Position numbers and translations under genes: made by a program. A stretch of 64,000 nucleotides of DNA from an uncultured Gammaproteobacteria bacterium (lineage in GTDB: Bacteria; Pseudomonadota; Gammaproteobacteria; Pseudomonadales; Azotimanducaceae): contig CAWADH010000003.1 of the NCBI GenBank assembly GCA_963780795.1, positions 110,818 to 174,817 on the forward strand, written 5' to 3'. The notes beneath the pieces are model-generated. The model had not been told where the DNA came from and made no database searches. It saw only the letters and a list, made by a program, of their open reading frames with translations. Each line of letters opens with the position of its first letter. Position 1 is the stretch's first letter. Below, piece after piece: positions 46,027 through 55,963 of this stretch.

Positions 46027-47030
46027 TCAGTTTCCTGTGGCCCTGGGCATTCGCGGCGTTGCCGCTGCCGCTGCTCGTGCGCTACGCGCTGCGGCCGCGC
46101 CAGCGACGCGACGCGGCGCTGCGCGTGCCGGACCTCGGCCGTTTCGGCGCTGCCATCGCAGCCCGCGGCGCCGCATACCGCGGCGGCTGGTTCGCGCTGC
46201 TGCTCGCCTGGCTCGCCTGGGCCTGCCTGCTCGGTGCGGTTGCGCGCCCGCAGTTCACCGGCGAACCGGTCAGCCTGCCCAGCAGCGGACGCGATCTCAT
46301 GCTCGCAATCGACATCTCCGGCAGCATGAACACCGAAGACATGGAAGTGAATGGCCGCGTCACGAACCGTCTCAACGCCGTGAAAGACGTGGTCACGGAT
46401 TTCATCGCGCGCCGCGCCGGCGATCGCGTCGGTCTGATTCTGTTCGGTACCAACGCCTATCTGCAGGCGCCGCTCACCTTCGATCTTGCGACGGTCGAGC
46501 AGCTGCTCGACGACGCGCCGGTCGGCATCGCCGGCGGCAAGACCGCGATCGGCGACGCTATCGGACTCGCCGTGAAGCGTTTGCGCACGCGACCTGCCGA
46601 CTCGCGCGTGCTGATTCTCATGACCGACGGCGCGAGCAATGCCGGCGAAGTGCCGCCGGAGAAGGCGGCTCAACTGGCGCGCATCGAAGGCGTGAAGATC
46701 TACACGGTGGGCGTCGGGGCGGAAGAGCTCAGAGTTCCGGGCTTCTGGGGGGAGATCGGCGGCCGCTTGGTGAATCCGTCCGCTGACATGGACACGAAGG
46801 CGCTGGAGCGCATCGCCAACGCCACCGGCGGACGTTTCTTCCGCGCAAAAGATACCGCTGAGCTGTCCAAGATCTACCAGTTGCTCGACGCGATAGAACC
46901 CACCGCGCAGGAAGCGCGCAACTTCCGCCCGGTACGGTCGCTGTTCCACTATCCGCTCGCCGCGAGTTGGGTGCTGTGGCTGCTGGTGCTGGGCCTCGGC
47001 ACCCGCAGGGGCGCGTATGTCGCCGCTTGA
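46023..47030 (+). CDS. VWA domain membrane protein (BatA-like)
   Basis: ATG at 46023 (ATGA overlap) within ORF 45858-47030. MISFLWPWAFAALPLPLLV is an N-terminal TM helix, LAIDISGSM the MIDAS motif, and a C-terminal TM helix follows. Confidence 0.85.
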   Translation: MISFLWPWAFAALPLPLLVRYALRPRQRRDAALRVPDLGRFGAAIAARGAAYRGGWFALLLAWLAWACLLGAVARPQFTGEPVSLPSSGRDLMLAIDISGSMNTEDMEVNGRVTNRLNAVKDVVTDFIARRAGDRVGLILFGTNAYLQAPLTFDLATVEQLLDDAPVGIAGGKTAIGDAIGLAVKRLRTRPADSRVLILMTDGASNAGEVPPEKAAQLARIEGVKIYTVGVGAEELRVPGFWGEIGGRLVNPSADMDTKALERIANATGGRFFRAKDTAELSKIYQLLDAIEPTAQEARNFRPVRSLFHYPLAASWVLWLLVLGLGTRRGAYVAA

Positions 47031-48765
47031 TCTAACCGCTTTCCACTTCCTGCGGCCGTGGTGGCTGCTGGCGCTGGTTGCCGCGGTGGCGATGACAGTG
47101 CTCGCCGCACGCGCGCAACGCGCACGCTCGAGCTGGGATGCGATCATCGACGCACCGCTGCGCGACGCGCTGATCGAACGCGCGCTGAAGAAGAGCGGCC
47201 TGTTGCTGCCGCTGCTGACCGGCCTCGCGTTGGCGGTGGCCGGCGTGGCGCTGGCCGGGCCCACGTGGCACCGGCTGCCGCAACCGATCGACCAGAAGAC
47301 CGATGCACTCGTCATCGTGCTGGACCTGTCGCTGTCGATGTACGCGAAAGACGTCGAGCCGTCACGGCTGGTTCGCGCGCGCCACGCCGTAACCGACATC
47401 CTGCGCGAGCGGAAGGAAGGGTTCACCGGCATGGTCGCGTACGCCGGCGACGCGCACACGGTGGCGCCGCTCACCGACGACGTTCGCACCATTGAGAATC
47501 TGTTGGCCGCCTTGAGTCCGGAAATGATGCCGGTCCTCGGCAGCAACCCCGGTACGGCATTGGACCTGGCGCGAACGCTGCTGCGCAGCGCCGGCATGCA
47601 ACAGGGTCGCATACTGCTGGTGACCGACGGCGTCGATCGCATCGTCGACCTGTCGAAGGACGCTTCGCCAAACTTTCCGATCTCGATCCTCGGTATCGGC
47701 ACGCCCGACGGCGCACCGATACCGCTCGACTTCGTCGATCAACCCGGGCGCTTTCTGACGGACCGACAAGGCGACACGATCGTCGCGAAGCTCGACGTCG
47801 GACGCCTCGAGGCGCTCGCGCAGATGTGCAACGGCCGCTATCTCACGGCCGGCGCGGACGATTCGAATCTCGGTCAGCTGCTCGAAACCACGCTGCCGTC
47901 CGCCGACGATGAACGTCGACTCGAAGGCAAATTCGACCTCTGGGCCGACTACGGTTATTGGCTGGCGCTGCTGCTGGTTCCGTTCGCGCTGCTGAATTTC
48001 CGGCGCGGCGCGGCCGCCCTCTTCGTCTTCGTTCTGATGCCACCGCCGGCGCACGCGAGCTGGTGGAATGACCTATGGAAAACGCCGGATCAACAGGGCT
48101 TCCAGGCGTTGCAGCAGGGCGAACCCGAGCGGGCGGCAACGCTGTTCGAGGATCCGCAGTGGAAGGGCGTCGCGGACTATCGCGGCGGGGATTACGAAGG
48201 CGCCGATCGCAAGTTCTCCGCCGACACGTCTGCAGCCGGCAGCTACAACCGCGGCAACGCGCTCGCGCATCAGGGCAAGTACGAGGAAGCGATCGCGGCG
48301 TACGACGCAACGCTGCGCGCGAATCCGCACGACGAAGACGCGGCTTTCAACAAAGCGCTGCTCGAGAAGCTGCGCGACAAGAAACAATCCGGCGGAAACG
48401 ACAACAAAGAATCGCAGCGCAATCGCGACAACGCGCAATCGGACCAGCCGCGCGAGCAGAACTCGTCCGGCAACCCGAACCAGGATGAATCGCAGTCACG
48501 CAGCGATCAGCAGGCGAACAAGCGGCCGGATACGCAGCAGCAGCAGCAGTCCGATCAGGAGCAGGCACGGCCGAGCGACGAAGAGAAACAACAGACGGCC
48601 GAGCGCGAAGCTCCGCGCGACGAACAACGCGACGCGCTCGAGCAATGGCTGCGGCGCGTGCCGGACGACCCTTCGGGGCTGCTGCGGCGCAAGTTCCAGT
48701 TCGAGACGAACGAGCGGCTGCGCAGCGGCGTGCCCGACCCGCGCGACCAGGAGCGCATCTGGTGA
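47017..48765 (+). CDS. VWA domain protein fused to TPR region and low-complexity tail (BatB/BatC-like fusion)
   Basis: 582-aa ORF with MIDAS VLDLSLSM, a mid-protein TM segment, a TPR-like stretch (YNRGNALAHQGKYEEAIAAYDATLRANP) and a Q/D/E/R/S-rich tail ending LLRRKFQFE. Confidence 0.8.
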   Translation: MSPLDLTAFHFLRPWWLLALVAAVAMTVLAARAQRARSSWDAIIDAPLRDALIERALKKSGLLLPLLTGLALAVAGVALAGPTWHRLPQPIDQKTDALVIVLDLSLSMYAKDVEPSRLVRARHAVTDILRERKEGFTGMVAYAGDAHTVAPLTDDVRTIENLLAALSPEMMPVLGSNPGTALDLARTLLRSAGMQQGRILLVTDGVDRIVDLSKDASPNFPISILGIGTPDGAPIPLDFVDQPGRFLTDRQGDTIVAKLDVGRLEALAQMCNGRYLTAGADDSNLGQLLETTLPSADDERRLEGKFDLWADYGYWLALLLVPFALLNFRRGAAALFVFVLMPPPAHASWWNDLWKTPDQQGFQALQQGEPERAATLFEDPQWKGVADYRGGDYEGADRKFSADTSAAGSYNRGNALAHQGKYEEAIAAYDATLRANPHDEDAAFNKALLEKLRDKKQSGGNDNKESQRNRDNAQSDQPREQNSSGNPNQDESQSRSDQQANKRPDTQQQQQSDQEQARPSDEEKQQTAEREAPRDEQRDALEQWLRRVPDDPSGLLRRKFQFETNERLRSGVPDPRDQERIW

Positions 48766-50432
48766 AAGCCGCGTTGATCGCCTTGACGACGCTGCTCCTC
48801 CCTTCGATCGCGTTGGCGCGATTCGACGCGAGCGTGGACGCCACCACGATCTCCGAAGCCGACACCATCCGCCTGACGTTGCGTGTGGACGGTACGAATC
48901 TCACGTCGAATCCCGACTTCGATCCGCTGGAGAAGGAGTTCGATATCCTCAGCGAGCAGCACAGCGCACAGATCCAGAGCTTCAACGGGCAGATCGAAGC
49001 GCTGACCACATGGACGCTGGTGTTGAAGCCGAAACACAACGGCGCGTTGCGGATTCCGGCCCTCACGCTCGGCGGCGAGACGACGCGGCCGATCGAAATC
49101 ACCGTCAAGGACCTCGATCCGCAACTCAAGCGCGCGATTGCACAGACGGTGTTCTTCGAAACCACCTACGCGCCCAAGCAGGTGTACGTGCAGTCGCAGG
49201 TGGTGGTTACGCGTCGGCTCTTTTACATAAACGGTGCACAACTCTACGGCGACATGCCGAACACGCCCGAAGTACCCGGCGCCATGGTGAAACTGTTGGG
49301 CGAGTCCGAGCACAGCATGGCGGTTCGCGACGGACGGCAATACGGAGTGATCGAACAGCGCTTCGCGGTATTCCCGGAACGCAGCGGCGATCTCACGATT
49401 CCGGCCGCAACGGTAACCGGCAGCGTGCGGCTGGCGGATTCCGGGATGGGCCGACGCATCGGGATAGACGTCAGTTCCGACGCGCTGCAGATTCCGGTGC
49501 TGCCGATTCCCGCAGAGTATCCGCGCAATGCGCCATGGCTACCCGCAACAGACGTCGAGTTGCTGGAAGACTGGCCCGGCGAACCGGAGCGGGGGCTCGC
49601 CACCGGCGCGCCGAGCCAGCGGACGCTGATCGTGCGCGCCGACGGCAACGCGTCGTCGGCCATTCCGCCGCTGGTGGTCGCACTGCCTCCTTCTCTGAAG
49701 GCGTATCCCGAGCCGCCGAAACTGAGCGAAACGCAAACCCGCGGCGGCATCGTCGGGACACGCACCGAGTCGTACAGCCTGGTTGCGACGCAACCGGGCG
49801 ATCTCACGCTGCCGGAAGTGCACGTCACCTGGTGGGATACCGTCCACCAACAGGTTCGCACAGCCGCGCTGCAGGCACATACGATTCAAGTCACCGGCGC
49901 CGCAACGTCCGCTCCACCGCCGGCCGCAGAGACGAAGCCGGCGCCTGCCGAAGCGCCTCAGCCCGCGCCAGCACCTGCCGCCCGCGAGTCGGCACGGGCA
50001 TCGCCGGCTTCTTCGATCAACCTCTGGCTCGCGATTGCGTTCGTCGCGGCTCTGCTGGGCTGGGCGTTCACGGCCTTGCGCGCGCGCTATCGCAAGCTGC
50101 CCGGTTCGCACCTCGTGGACGAACGGACTGCAGAGCGCGATGCGTACGCCGCATTGAGTCGCGCCTGCGCGGGTCGCGATCCACAGCAGATCCGCACCGC
50201 ACTCGACCGCTGGTTGGACGTCCGCTACGAACTGCCGCTGGCCGACGCGGCGCGGCGCTTTTCCACCGATGCCGCTGCGCACGACTCGGTGAACGCGCTC
50301 AATGCGCGGCTGTATCAACGCGAAAGCAAAGAACCGTTCGATCCCACCGCGCTGCTGCGATGCGTGGATGCGGCCCGGCGCGAAGCGCGAGCGCCCTCCG
50401 ACGAACTGCCGGCGCTCTACCCTTCGCCCTGA
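48762..50432 (+). CDS. BatD-family (oxygen-tolerance) protein
   Basis: The GTG at 48762 overlaps the previous stop (GTGA). A signal peptide is present (KAALIALTTLLLPSIALA), then repeated beta-rich modules and a C-terminal TM helix (WLAIAFVAALLGWAF), as in BatD. Confidence 0.75.
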   Translation: MKAALIALTTLLLPSIALARFDASVDATTISEADTIRLTLRVDGTNLTSNPDFDPLEKEFDILSEQHSAQIQSFNGQIEALTTWTLVLKPKHNGALRIPALTLGGETTRPIEITVKDLDPQLKRAIAQTVFFETTYAPKQVYVQSQVVVTRRLFYINGAQLYGDMPNTPEVPGAMVKLLGESEHSMAVRDGRQYGVIEQRFAVFPERSGDLTIPAATVTGSVRLADSGMGRRIGIDVSSDALQIPVLPIPAEYPRNAPWLPATDVELLEDWPGEPERGLATGAPSQRTLIVRADGNASSAIPPLVVALPPSLKAYPEPPKLSETQTRGGIVGTRTESYSLVATQPGDLTLPEVHVTWWDTVHQQVRTAALQAHTIQVTGAATSAPPPAAETKPAPAEAPQPAPAPAARESARASPASSINLWLAIAFVAALLGWAFTALRARYRKLPGSHLVDERTAERDAYAALSRACAGRDPQQIRTALDRWLDVRYELPLADAARRFSTDAAAHDSVNALNARLYQRESKEPFDPTALLRCVDAARREARAPSDELPALYPSP

Positions 50433-53116
50433 AGCGTCTTCGTCACCACTTCGTAGACATCGCGGGAAATCGCGTCGGATGCCTCGATGCCGCGCAGCGC
50501 TTCTTTCATCGCAGCGCGACGCCCCCCATCGTATCGCCGCCAGCGCGTCAGGGGCGCCAATAGCCGCGCCGCGATCTGTGGATTCGCCCGATCGATGCGC
50601 GCCACGCGCCCGGCGAGAAAGCGGTAGCCGGAGCCATCGCGCGCGTGGAAGCTCACCGGATTCTGCCCGGCAAACGCCCCGTACAGCGCGCGCAGCCGGT
50701 TTGGATTGCGACCGTCGAAGTCCTCGTGGCGCTCGAGCAGTTCGACGCGCGCCAACGCCCCCGCTCGGGGGCACGCCGCCTGTACGGAGAACCACTGATC
50801 GATCACGAGCTTCTGCGCGGACCAGCGCGCGTAGAAATCCGCGATCGTTTCCGAACGCGCCGCGTCGTCGAGCCATTCGGCGTTGACGATCTCGCGCAGC
50901 GACGCCAGCCGATCGGTCAGGTTGTCCGCATCGCGGTACTGCGCGAGCAACACCGCACGAACCTCCGACATGCGCGTCTGACCCGTGGCGCACAAGAAGC
51001 CCAGCGCGAGATTGCGCAATGCGCGGCGACCCACGCTGCGCGAGTCGGGTTGATACGGTCCGGGCGCCGTGCTGCGCCGGTACACCGCCATCCAGTCGTC
51101 GAACAGCTCGTCGCCGAGCACCGCGCGCAACGCGCTGCGCGCGCGATGCAATCCGTCGACGTCGATTTCGCTCATCAGTTCCCCCAGGTAGTTCTCGGTG
51201 GGAACCGCCAGCATCGCAGCGAACATCGCGGTGCGTTCCGGATCGTCCGCGCCAATCGCGTCGTTCAGCAGCTCGCGGTACAGCGGCAGTAGCTTGCGCG
51301 CGGCATCGGCCGTGCCGCCGCGCATCTGCTCGATCGTCTCGGCGTGCAACGATTGCATCGCGTCCCATCTGGAAAATCCGTCGGCGTCGTAGCGCGCAAG
51401 GAAGCTCAGTTCTTCGCTCGGGCGCGCGAACTCGACTTTCACCGGCGCGGAGAAGCCGCGCAGCACGCTCAGCACCGGGCGCTCTTTCAAGCCGCTCACG
51501 CGAAGCTCGGTGACCGGCTCCGTCACGTGAACGATCAACGTGCCGTCGCCGCGAGGATTCTCGACCCGCGCACCAGGCTGCACCACCGCGCCTGATCCGG
51601 CGCCCGCTCTACCGAGCAGTTCATTGCCGTTCCGGTCGAGCAGACCGATCGCCACCGGAATGTGGAACGGCGCTTTACTCGGTTGTCCCGGCGTCGGTGG
51701 ACACCGCTGCGCGATCGACACGTCGAACGTGCCGTTCTCGAATCGCGTCGTCACCGCGATCACCGGCGTACCCGCCTGGCTGTACCAGCGACGGAACTGG
51801 CCGAGATCGAAGCCGTTCGCTTCTTCCATCGCCCGCACGAAGTCTTCGGTCGTGACCGCGGCGCCGTCGTGTCGTTTGAAGTACAAGTCGGTGCCTCGCC
51901 GAAACCGTTCCGGGCCGAGCAGCGTGTGAATCATGCCGACCACCTCGGCGCCCTTCTCGTACACCGTGGTGGTGTAGAAGTTCGAGATCTCGATGTACGT
52001 ATCGGGGCGCACCGGATGCGCGAGCGGCCCCGCATCCTCCGCAAACTGCACGGTGCGCAACTGACTCACGTCGTCGATGCGCTTCACCGTGCGCGAGTTC
52101 ATGTCGGAGGAGAACTCCGCGTCGCGGAATACCGTGAAGCCTTCCTTGAGGCTCAACTGAAACCAGTCCCGGCACGTCACGCGGTTGCCGGACCAGTTGT
52201 GGAAGTACTCGTGCGCGACGACCGCTTCGACGTGCTGGTACGCGAGGTCGGTGGCGGTGTCGGGACTCGCCAGGACGCACGACGTGTTGAAGATGTTGAG
52301 GCCTTTGTTCTCCATCGCGCCCATGTTGAAGTCTTCGACGGCGACGATCATGAAGATGTCGAGGTCGTATTCGCGGCCGTAGACCTCTTCGTCCCAGCGC
52401 ATCGCGCGCTTCAGCGCGCCCATCGCGTAGTCGCACTGCGAGATGTTGTGCGGTTCCGAGTAGATGCGCAGTTCGACGCGGCGCCCCGACGCCGTCACGA
52501 ACTCGTCGCGCAGCAATGCCAGGTCGCCGGCGACCAGCGCGAACAGATAGCTCGGTTTCGGAAACGGGTCCTGCCAGGTGACGCTGCGCCGCCCATCCGC
52601 GCGTCGATGCTCGTCGATCTGGTTGCCGTTCGACAGCAGCACCGGATAGGCAGGGTCCGCGATGATCGTGGTGGTGAACTTCGACAGCACGTCGGGACGA
52701 TCGAGGTAGTACGTGATCTTACGGAACCCCTCCGCCTCGCACTGCGTGCAGTACATGCCGCCGGACCGGCCACCGGATTTGTACAAACCCTCGAGCGCGA
52801 CGTTCTGTTCCGGACGGATGCGCGTGACGATCGTCAGCTCGCACGACTCGGGCAGATCGAACAGCGTCAGCGAGTCGTCGTCGGTCTGATACTCGTTGCT
52901 GGTGAGCAACCGACCATCCACTGCAGCCGACACGAGTTCCAGTTCCTGCCCATCGAGCCGCAGCGTCGACGCGGTTCCCGTGCGACGCACCTGGAGTTGC
53001 GACGTGACCTGCGTGACGCCGTCGCCCAGGTCGAATTCGAGCCGCGTATCAGTGATCACGTGGTTCGGCGGTTGGTATTCCGCCAACCGGATCGCCTTCG
53101 GTTGTGCATCCTTCAT
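50417..53116 (-). CDS. pepN: aminopeptidase N
   Basis: ORF 50417-53692 trimmed to MKDAQPKAIRLAEYQPPNHVITDTRLEFDL (compare E. coli PepN MTQQPQAKYRHDYRAPDYQITDIDLTFDL). It has GAMEN and HEYFHNWSGNRVT...LKEG zinc motifs. Confidence 0.95.
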   Translation of the reverse strand: MKDAQPKAIRLAEYQPPNHVITDTRLEFDLGDGVTQVTSQLQVRRTGTASTLRLDGQELELVSAAVDGRLLTSNEYQTDDDSLTLFDLPESCELTIVTRIRPEQNVALEGLYKSGGRSGGMYCTQCEAEGFRKITYYLDRPDVLSKFTTTIIADPAYPVLLSNGNQIDEHRRADGRRSVTWQDPFPKPSYLFALVAGDLALLRDEFVTASGRRVELRIYSEPHNISQCDYAMGALKRAMRWDEEVYGREYDLDIFMIVAVEDFNMGAMENKGLNIFNTSCVLASPDTATDLAYQHVEAVVAHEYFHNWSGNRVTCRDWFQLSLKEGFTVFRDAEFSSDMNSRTVKRIDDVSQLRTVQFAEDAGPLAHPVRPDTYIEISNFYTTTVYEKGAEVVGMIHTLLGPERFRRGTDLYFKRHDGAAVTTEDFVRAMEEANGFDLGQFRRWYSQAGTPVIAVTTRFENGTFDVSIAQRCPPTPGQPSKAPFHIPVAIGLLDRNGNELLGRAGAGSGAVVQPGARVENPRGDGTLIVHVTEPVTELRVSGLKERPVLSVLRGFSAPVKVEFARPSEELSFLARYDADGFSRWDAMQSLHAETIEQMRGGTADAARKLLPLYRELLNDAIGADDPERTAMFAAMLAVPTENYLGELMSEIDVDGLHRARSALRAVLGDELFDDWMAVYRRSTAPGPYQPDSRSVGRRALRNLALGFLCATGQTRMSEVRAVLLAQYRDADNLTDRLASLREIVNAEWLDDAARSETIADFYARWSAQKLVIDQWFSVQAACPRAGALARVELLERHEDFDGRNPNRLRALYGAFAGQNPVSFHARDGSGYRFLAGRVARIDRANPQIAARLLAPLTRWRRYDGGRRAAMKEALRGIEASDAISRDVYEVVTKTLQGEG

Positions 53117-54003
53117 CAGAAGAGCTCCATCTGGCCGCGTCGATCGGGCGGGATGTCGGCCGCCCGCGCTACTTCGACATGATACGAGGTATGGCGTCGC
53201 ACGTTGAACACGCCGCTGTCGAACATCAGATACTGGCCCTTGATGCCGAGCAACGATCCGCCGACCGCGACGCCGGGCTCGAGCGTGAGGCCGATCGGCG
53301 GACCGGCATAGCTCGCGACCGGATACTCGAACTGCACCGGCGACGGGTGCTCCACCCACACGAGTGCGCCGGGGAAGCGATCGTCGAGCTGCGCGAGCGC
53401 GCGAGCCGCTTCGCTGCGCAGTCGCGCGCACAACGCAACCAGATCGAGTTCGAGCGCGTCGCGTCCGACCAGGGTGCGCCACACCGTGCGATCGCTGACG
53501 TGTTGCGCGAGCGCTGCTTCTACGCATCCAGCCTGAAAGCGGCTCTGCGTGCGCATGATGATCACCGCCTGTGTCGCGCCCTGATCCAGCCATCGCATCG
53601 GGATGTTGGCGGGCGTCGTGATGCCCACCTTCGCGCCGGCGGAGTTCGCCAGATACACGAGGTGCGGCTGCATGCAGAAGCTCTCGCCCCACTCCGGCTC
53701 GCGACAGCTGCCGGCCGCGTAGTGGCAGCGGTCGGGGCTTACCACGCAGAGGTCACACCGCGCCAGCGTCTTGAAGCACGGATAGCAATAGCCGTCGCCA
53801 TAACTCTTGCGCGTGACGTTGCCGCAGTACTGGCAGGTGATGCGGCCGTCGAAGCGTATCACCAGCGTGCGCCCCAACAGATCATTCAAGGGGATGGTGG
53901 CGGTCTCGAGCGCCAACGCGTAACCGACCGGCGTGCTGGGCGTGCATTGCATCGAACGCAGCACTCCGCTTCCCAGCGTTTCGACGACTTCAAACTGCAT
54001 CAC
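53116..54003 (-). CDS. DUF2797 domain protein
   Basis: 295-aa ORF with the Cys clusters CQYCG..GDGYCYPCF..CDLC..CHY that I associate with DUF2797, a family I remember as a frequent upstream neighbour of pepN. Its stop shares one base with the pepN start. Confidence 0.7.
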   Translation of the reverse strand: MMQFEVVETLGSGVLRSMQCTPSTPVGYALALETATIPLNDLLGRTLVIRFDGRITCQYCGNVTRKSYGDGYCYPCFKTLARCDLCVVSPDRCHYAAGSCREPEWGESFCMQPHLVYLANSAGAKVGITTPANIPMRWLDQGATQAVIIMRTQSRFQAGCVEAALAQHVSDRTVWRTLVGRDALELDLVALCARLRSEAARALAQLDDRFPGALVWVEHPSPVQFEYPVASYAGPPIGLTLEPGVAVGGSLLGIKGQYLMFDSGVFNVRRHTSYHVEVARAADIPPDRRGQMELF

Positions 54004-54862
54004 CGCCTCGTCGTGTGGGGCGCCACACCGCTGCGGCGACGGTGCCCATGGCCAGACCGACCCAATGCACCGTATTTGCGATGTACAGCCCGAACGCTTC
54101 GGTCGCTCCGCTGCTCATCAGCACGAGCATGACGAGCACGCCGATGCTGAACGAAGGATGCACCCGCCAGTCCGGCGCTGCGTCGAAGCGTCCGCGCACC
54201 ACGACGTATGCGAACAGGCCGTACGCGACGCCGGACAGGCCGCCGAACATCGGCACCGACTTCCACAGGAACTGCGCAACGTTGCCAGGCACCGCAATCA
54301 GCAACGTCAGCAGCAGCAGGCAAATGGAACCAGCGCCGCGCTCGATGCGACGACCGAACTCGACGACGACGGCCAGATTGAACAGCAGATGCGCAATGCC
54401 GAAGTGAATGAAGATGGGCGTGACCACTCGCCACACTTCGCCGCTGGCGAGCGCCTGCTGCAACGTTCCGAAGTGAAGGTCGCCCGCGCTGCCCGTCACC
54501 GGCACGATGGTGAGCCACGGCAGGAACGGCCCGAGCGATCCGGAATCGATGCCGAAGGTCGCGGGAAAACACGCCAACGACAACGCGGTCAACGTCGCGA
54601 CGACCGGATAGCGGCGCAGCCACATCCGCCACGGGGTTTTCGCGCGCGGAGGCCGCGGCAGCCATTGCAGCGCGAGACGACCGTCGCGCCACGCCTCGTA
54701 GTCGCTGCGCACGCGCTGCGCGTCCACTTCGTTGGCCACCTCGAGAATCTGCCGACCCTGCTCCTCGAACACGCGGTGTCCGACGCGACTCTGCGCGAGA
54801 TAGGCGCAGAACATCGCCAGATCGACGTCGGAACCCAACGTCAGTGCTCGAACCGTACCCAC
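53990..54862 (-). CDS. rhomboid family intramembrane serine protease (GlpG-like)
   Basis: 290-aa ORF with a cytoplasmic N-domain followed by TM helices. It has WRVVTPIFIHFGIAHLLFN, the catalytic GGLSGVAYG and the late His (ANTVHWVG). Confidence 0.85.
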   Translation of the reverse strand: MGTVRALTLGSDVDLAMFCAYLAQSRVGHRVFEEQGRQILEVANEVDAQRVRSDYEAWRDGRLALQWLPRPPRAKTPWRMWLRRYPVVATLTALSLACFPATFGIDSGSLGPFLPWLTIVPVTGSAGDLHFGTLQQALASGEVWRVVTPIFIHFGIAHLLFNLAVVVEFGRRIERGAGSICLLLLTLLIAVPGNVAQFLWKSVPMFGGLSGVAYGLFAYVVVRGRFDAAPDWRVHPSFSIGVLVMLVLMSSGATEAFGLYIANTVHWVGLAMGTVAAAVWRPTRRGGDAV

Positions 54863-54925
54863 CGCGCGGACAACCTCGGATTGTGGTGTAAACTCGCCCT
54901 TACCCTAAGTGCACGTTACATCGCC

Positions 54926-55963
54926 ATGCAAGCTGCCGATCACGAAGTACTGAGCCAGGCGCGAATCTGGCTCGAAGCCGGAGAAGCGTGTTGGCTCGCG
55001 ACCGTCGTGAAGACGTGGGGATCATCGCCGCGTCCCGTCGGATCGCTGTTCACCTGCAATGCCCGCGGCCAGGTGGCAGGTTCGTTGTCCGGCGGCTGCG
55101 TCGAAGACGACATGCTCGAAAAGCTCACGTCCGGCGCGCTGGCGCGCCACGCCCCTCAATACTTCCGTTATGGTCTCACCGCCGAAGAGACGGAGCGTTT
55201 CGGTCTGCCGTGCGGCGGACACCTCGACGTCGTGGTCGAGCCGCTTTCGCAGGCAACTCATCTCGAACAGCTGCGCCACATCGACGACCGCCTGGTGCAC
55301 CGTGGGCGGGTCCGCCGCACCGTCGACGTGAAGCGCGGCACGAGTTCCATCGAAGACGTCGAAGCGCACGAAGATCCCGTGTTCGACGAAGTCGCATCGG
55401 TGTTGCGTCAGACGTACGGCCCGCGCTTCCAGCTGTTCATCATTGGCGCGGGAATGGTGTCGAAGTACCTGGCCGAGATGGCGCAGATGCTCGACTACGC
55501 CGTCACCGTATGCGACCCGCGCGAAAAGCTGCTGACCGATTTCGGCGTTACCGGCGCGCGCGGCGTCACGGACATGCCTGACGACGCGGTGAAGGCTTAC
55601 GCGAACGACGCCGCTTCGGCGATCGTGGCGCTGACGCACGACCCGCGCATCGACGACATGGGTCTGATGGAAGCGCTGAAGACCCCTGCGTTCTACGTCG
55701 GGGCGATGGGTTCGGTGAAGACCTCGGCCGGCCGGCGCAAACGTCTGCAGCTGCTCGACGTCACCGATGCGGAACTCGCGCGGCTGCGCGCGCCGATCGG
55801 CCTGCCGATCGGCAGCAAGACCCCGCCGGAAATCGCGATCGCGATACTGGCCGAGATCACCGCAGTGCGAAAGCAGCGCGAAAAGCAGACTCTCGCCCAC
55901 CTCGCTGCAGTCGCGTCGCCCGCGGTGGCGCAGCAGGCGGGGTTCGCCTCCTCCGCCGCGTGA
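54926..55963 (+). CDS. XdhC/CoxI family molybdoenzyme maturation protein
   Basis: ATG at 54926 within ORF 53933-55963. ACWLATVVKTWGSSPRPVGS is the XdhC_CoxI N-domain and LFIIGAGMVSKYLA the Rossmann-like C-domain, followed by APIGLPIGSKTPPEIAIAI. Confidence 0.8.
   Translation: MQAADHEVLSQARIWLEAGEACWLATVVKTWGSSPRPVGSLFTCNARGQVAGSLSGGCVEDDMLEKLTSGALARHAPQYFRYGLTAEETERFGLPCGGHLDVVVEPLSQATHLEQLRHIDDRLVHRGRVRRTVDVKRGTSSIEDVEAHEDPVFDEVASVLRQTYGPRFQLFIIGAGMVSKYLAEMAQMLDYAVTVCDPREKLLTDFGVTGARGVTDMPDDAVKAYANDAASAIVALTHDPRIDDMGLMEALKTPAFYVGAMGSVKTSAGRRKRLQLLDVTDAELARLRAPIGLPIGSKTPPEIAIAILAEITAVRKQREKQTLAHLAAVASPAVAQQAGFASSAA

Noticed and set aside
48068-50563. 831-aa plus-strand ORF spanning the end of the VWA/TPR gene and all of the BatD-like gene
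   Set aside because: It is out of frame with two genes that have clear domain signatures. Its product is extremely Arg/Ser/Thr/Ala-rich with no motif, so it is a frame-shadow artefact of GC-rich sequence.
50417-53692. Long N-terminal extensions in the track: pepN as 1091 aa, XdhC as 676 aa (53933-55963), korA as 848 aa (16636-19182), NUDIX as 515 aa (9879-11426), serine hydrolase as 745 aa (11720-13957)
   Set aside because: The extensions overlap the upstream genes in another frame and are Arg-rich. Internal starts that abut or overlap the previous stop give N-termini matching known family N-termini.
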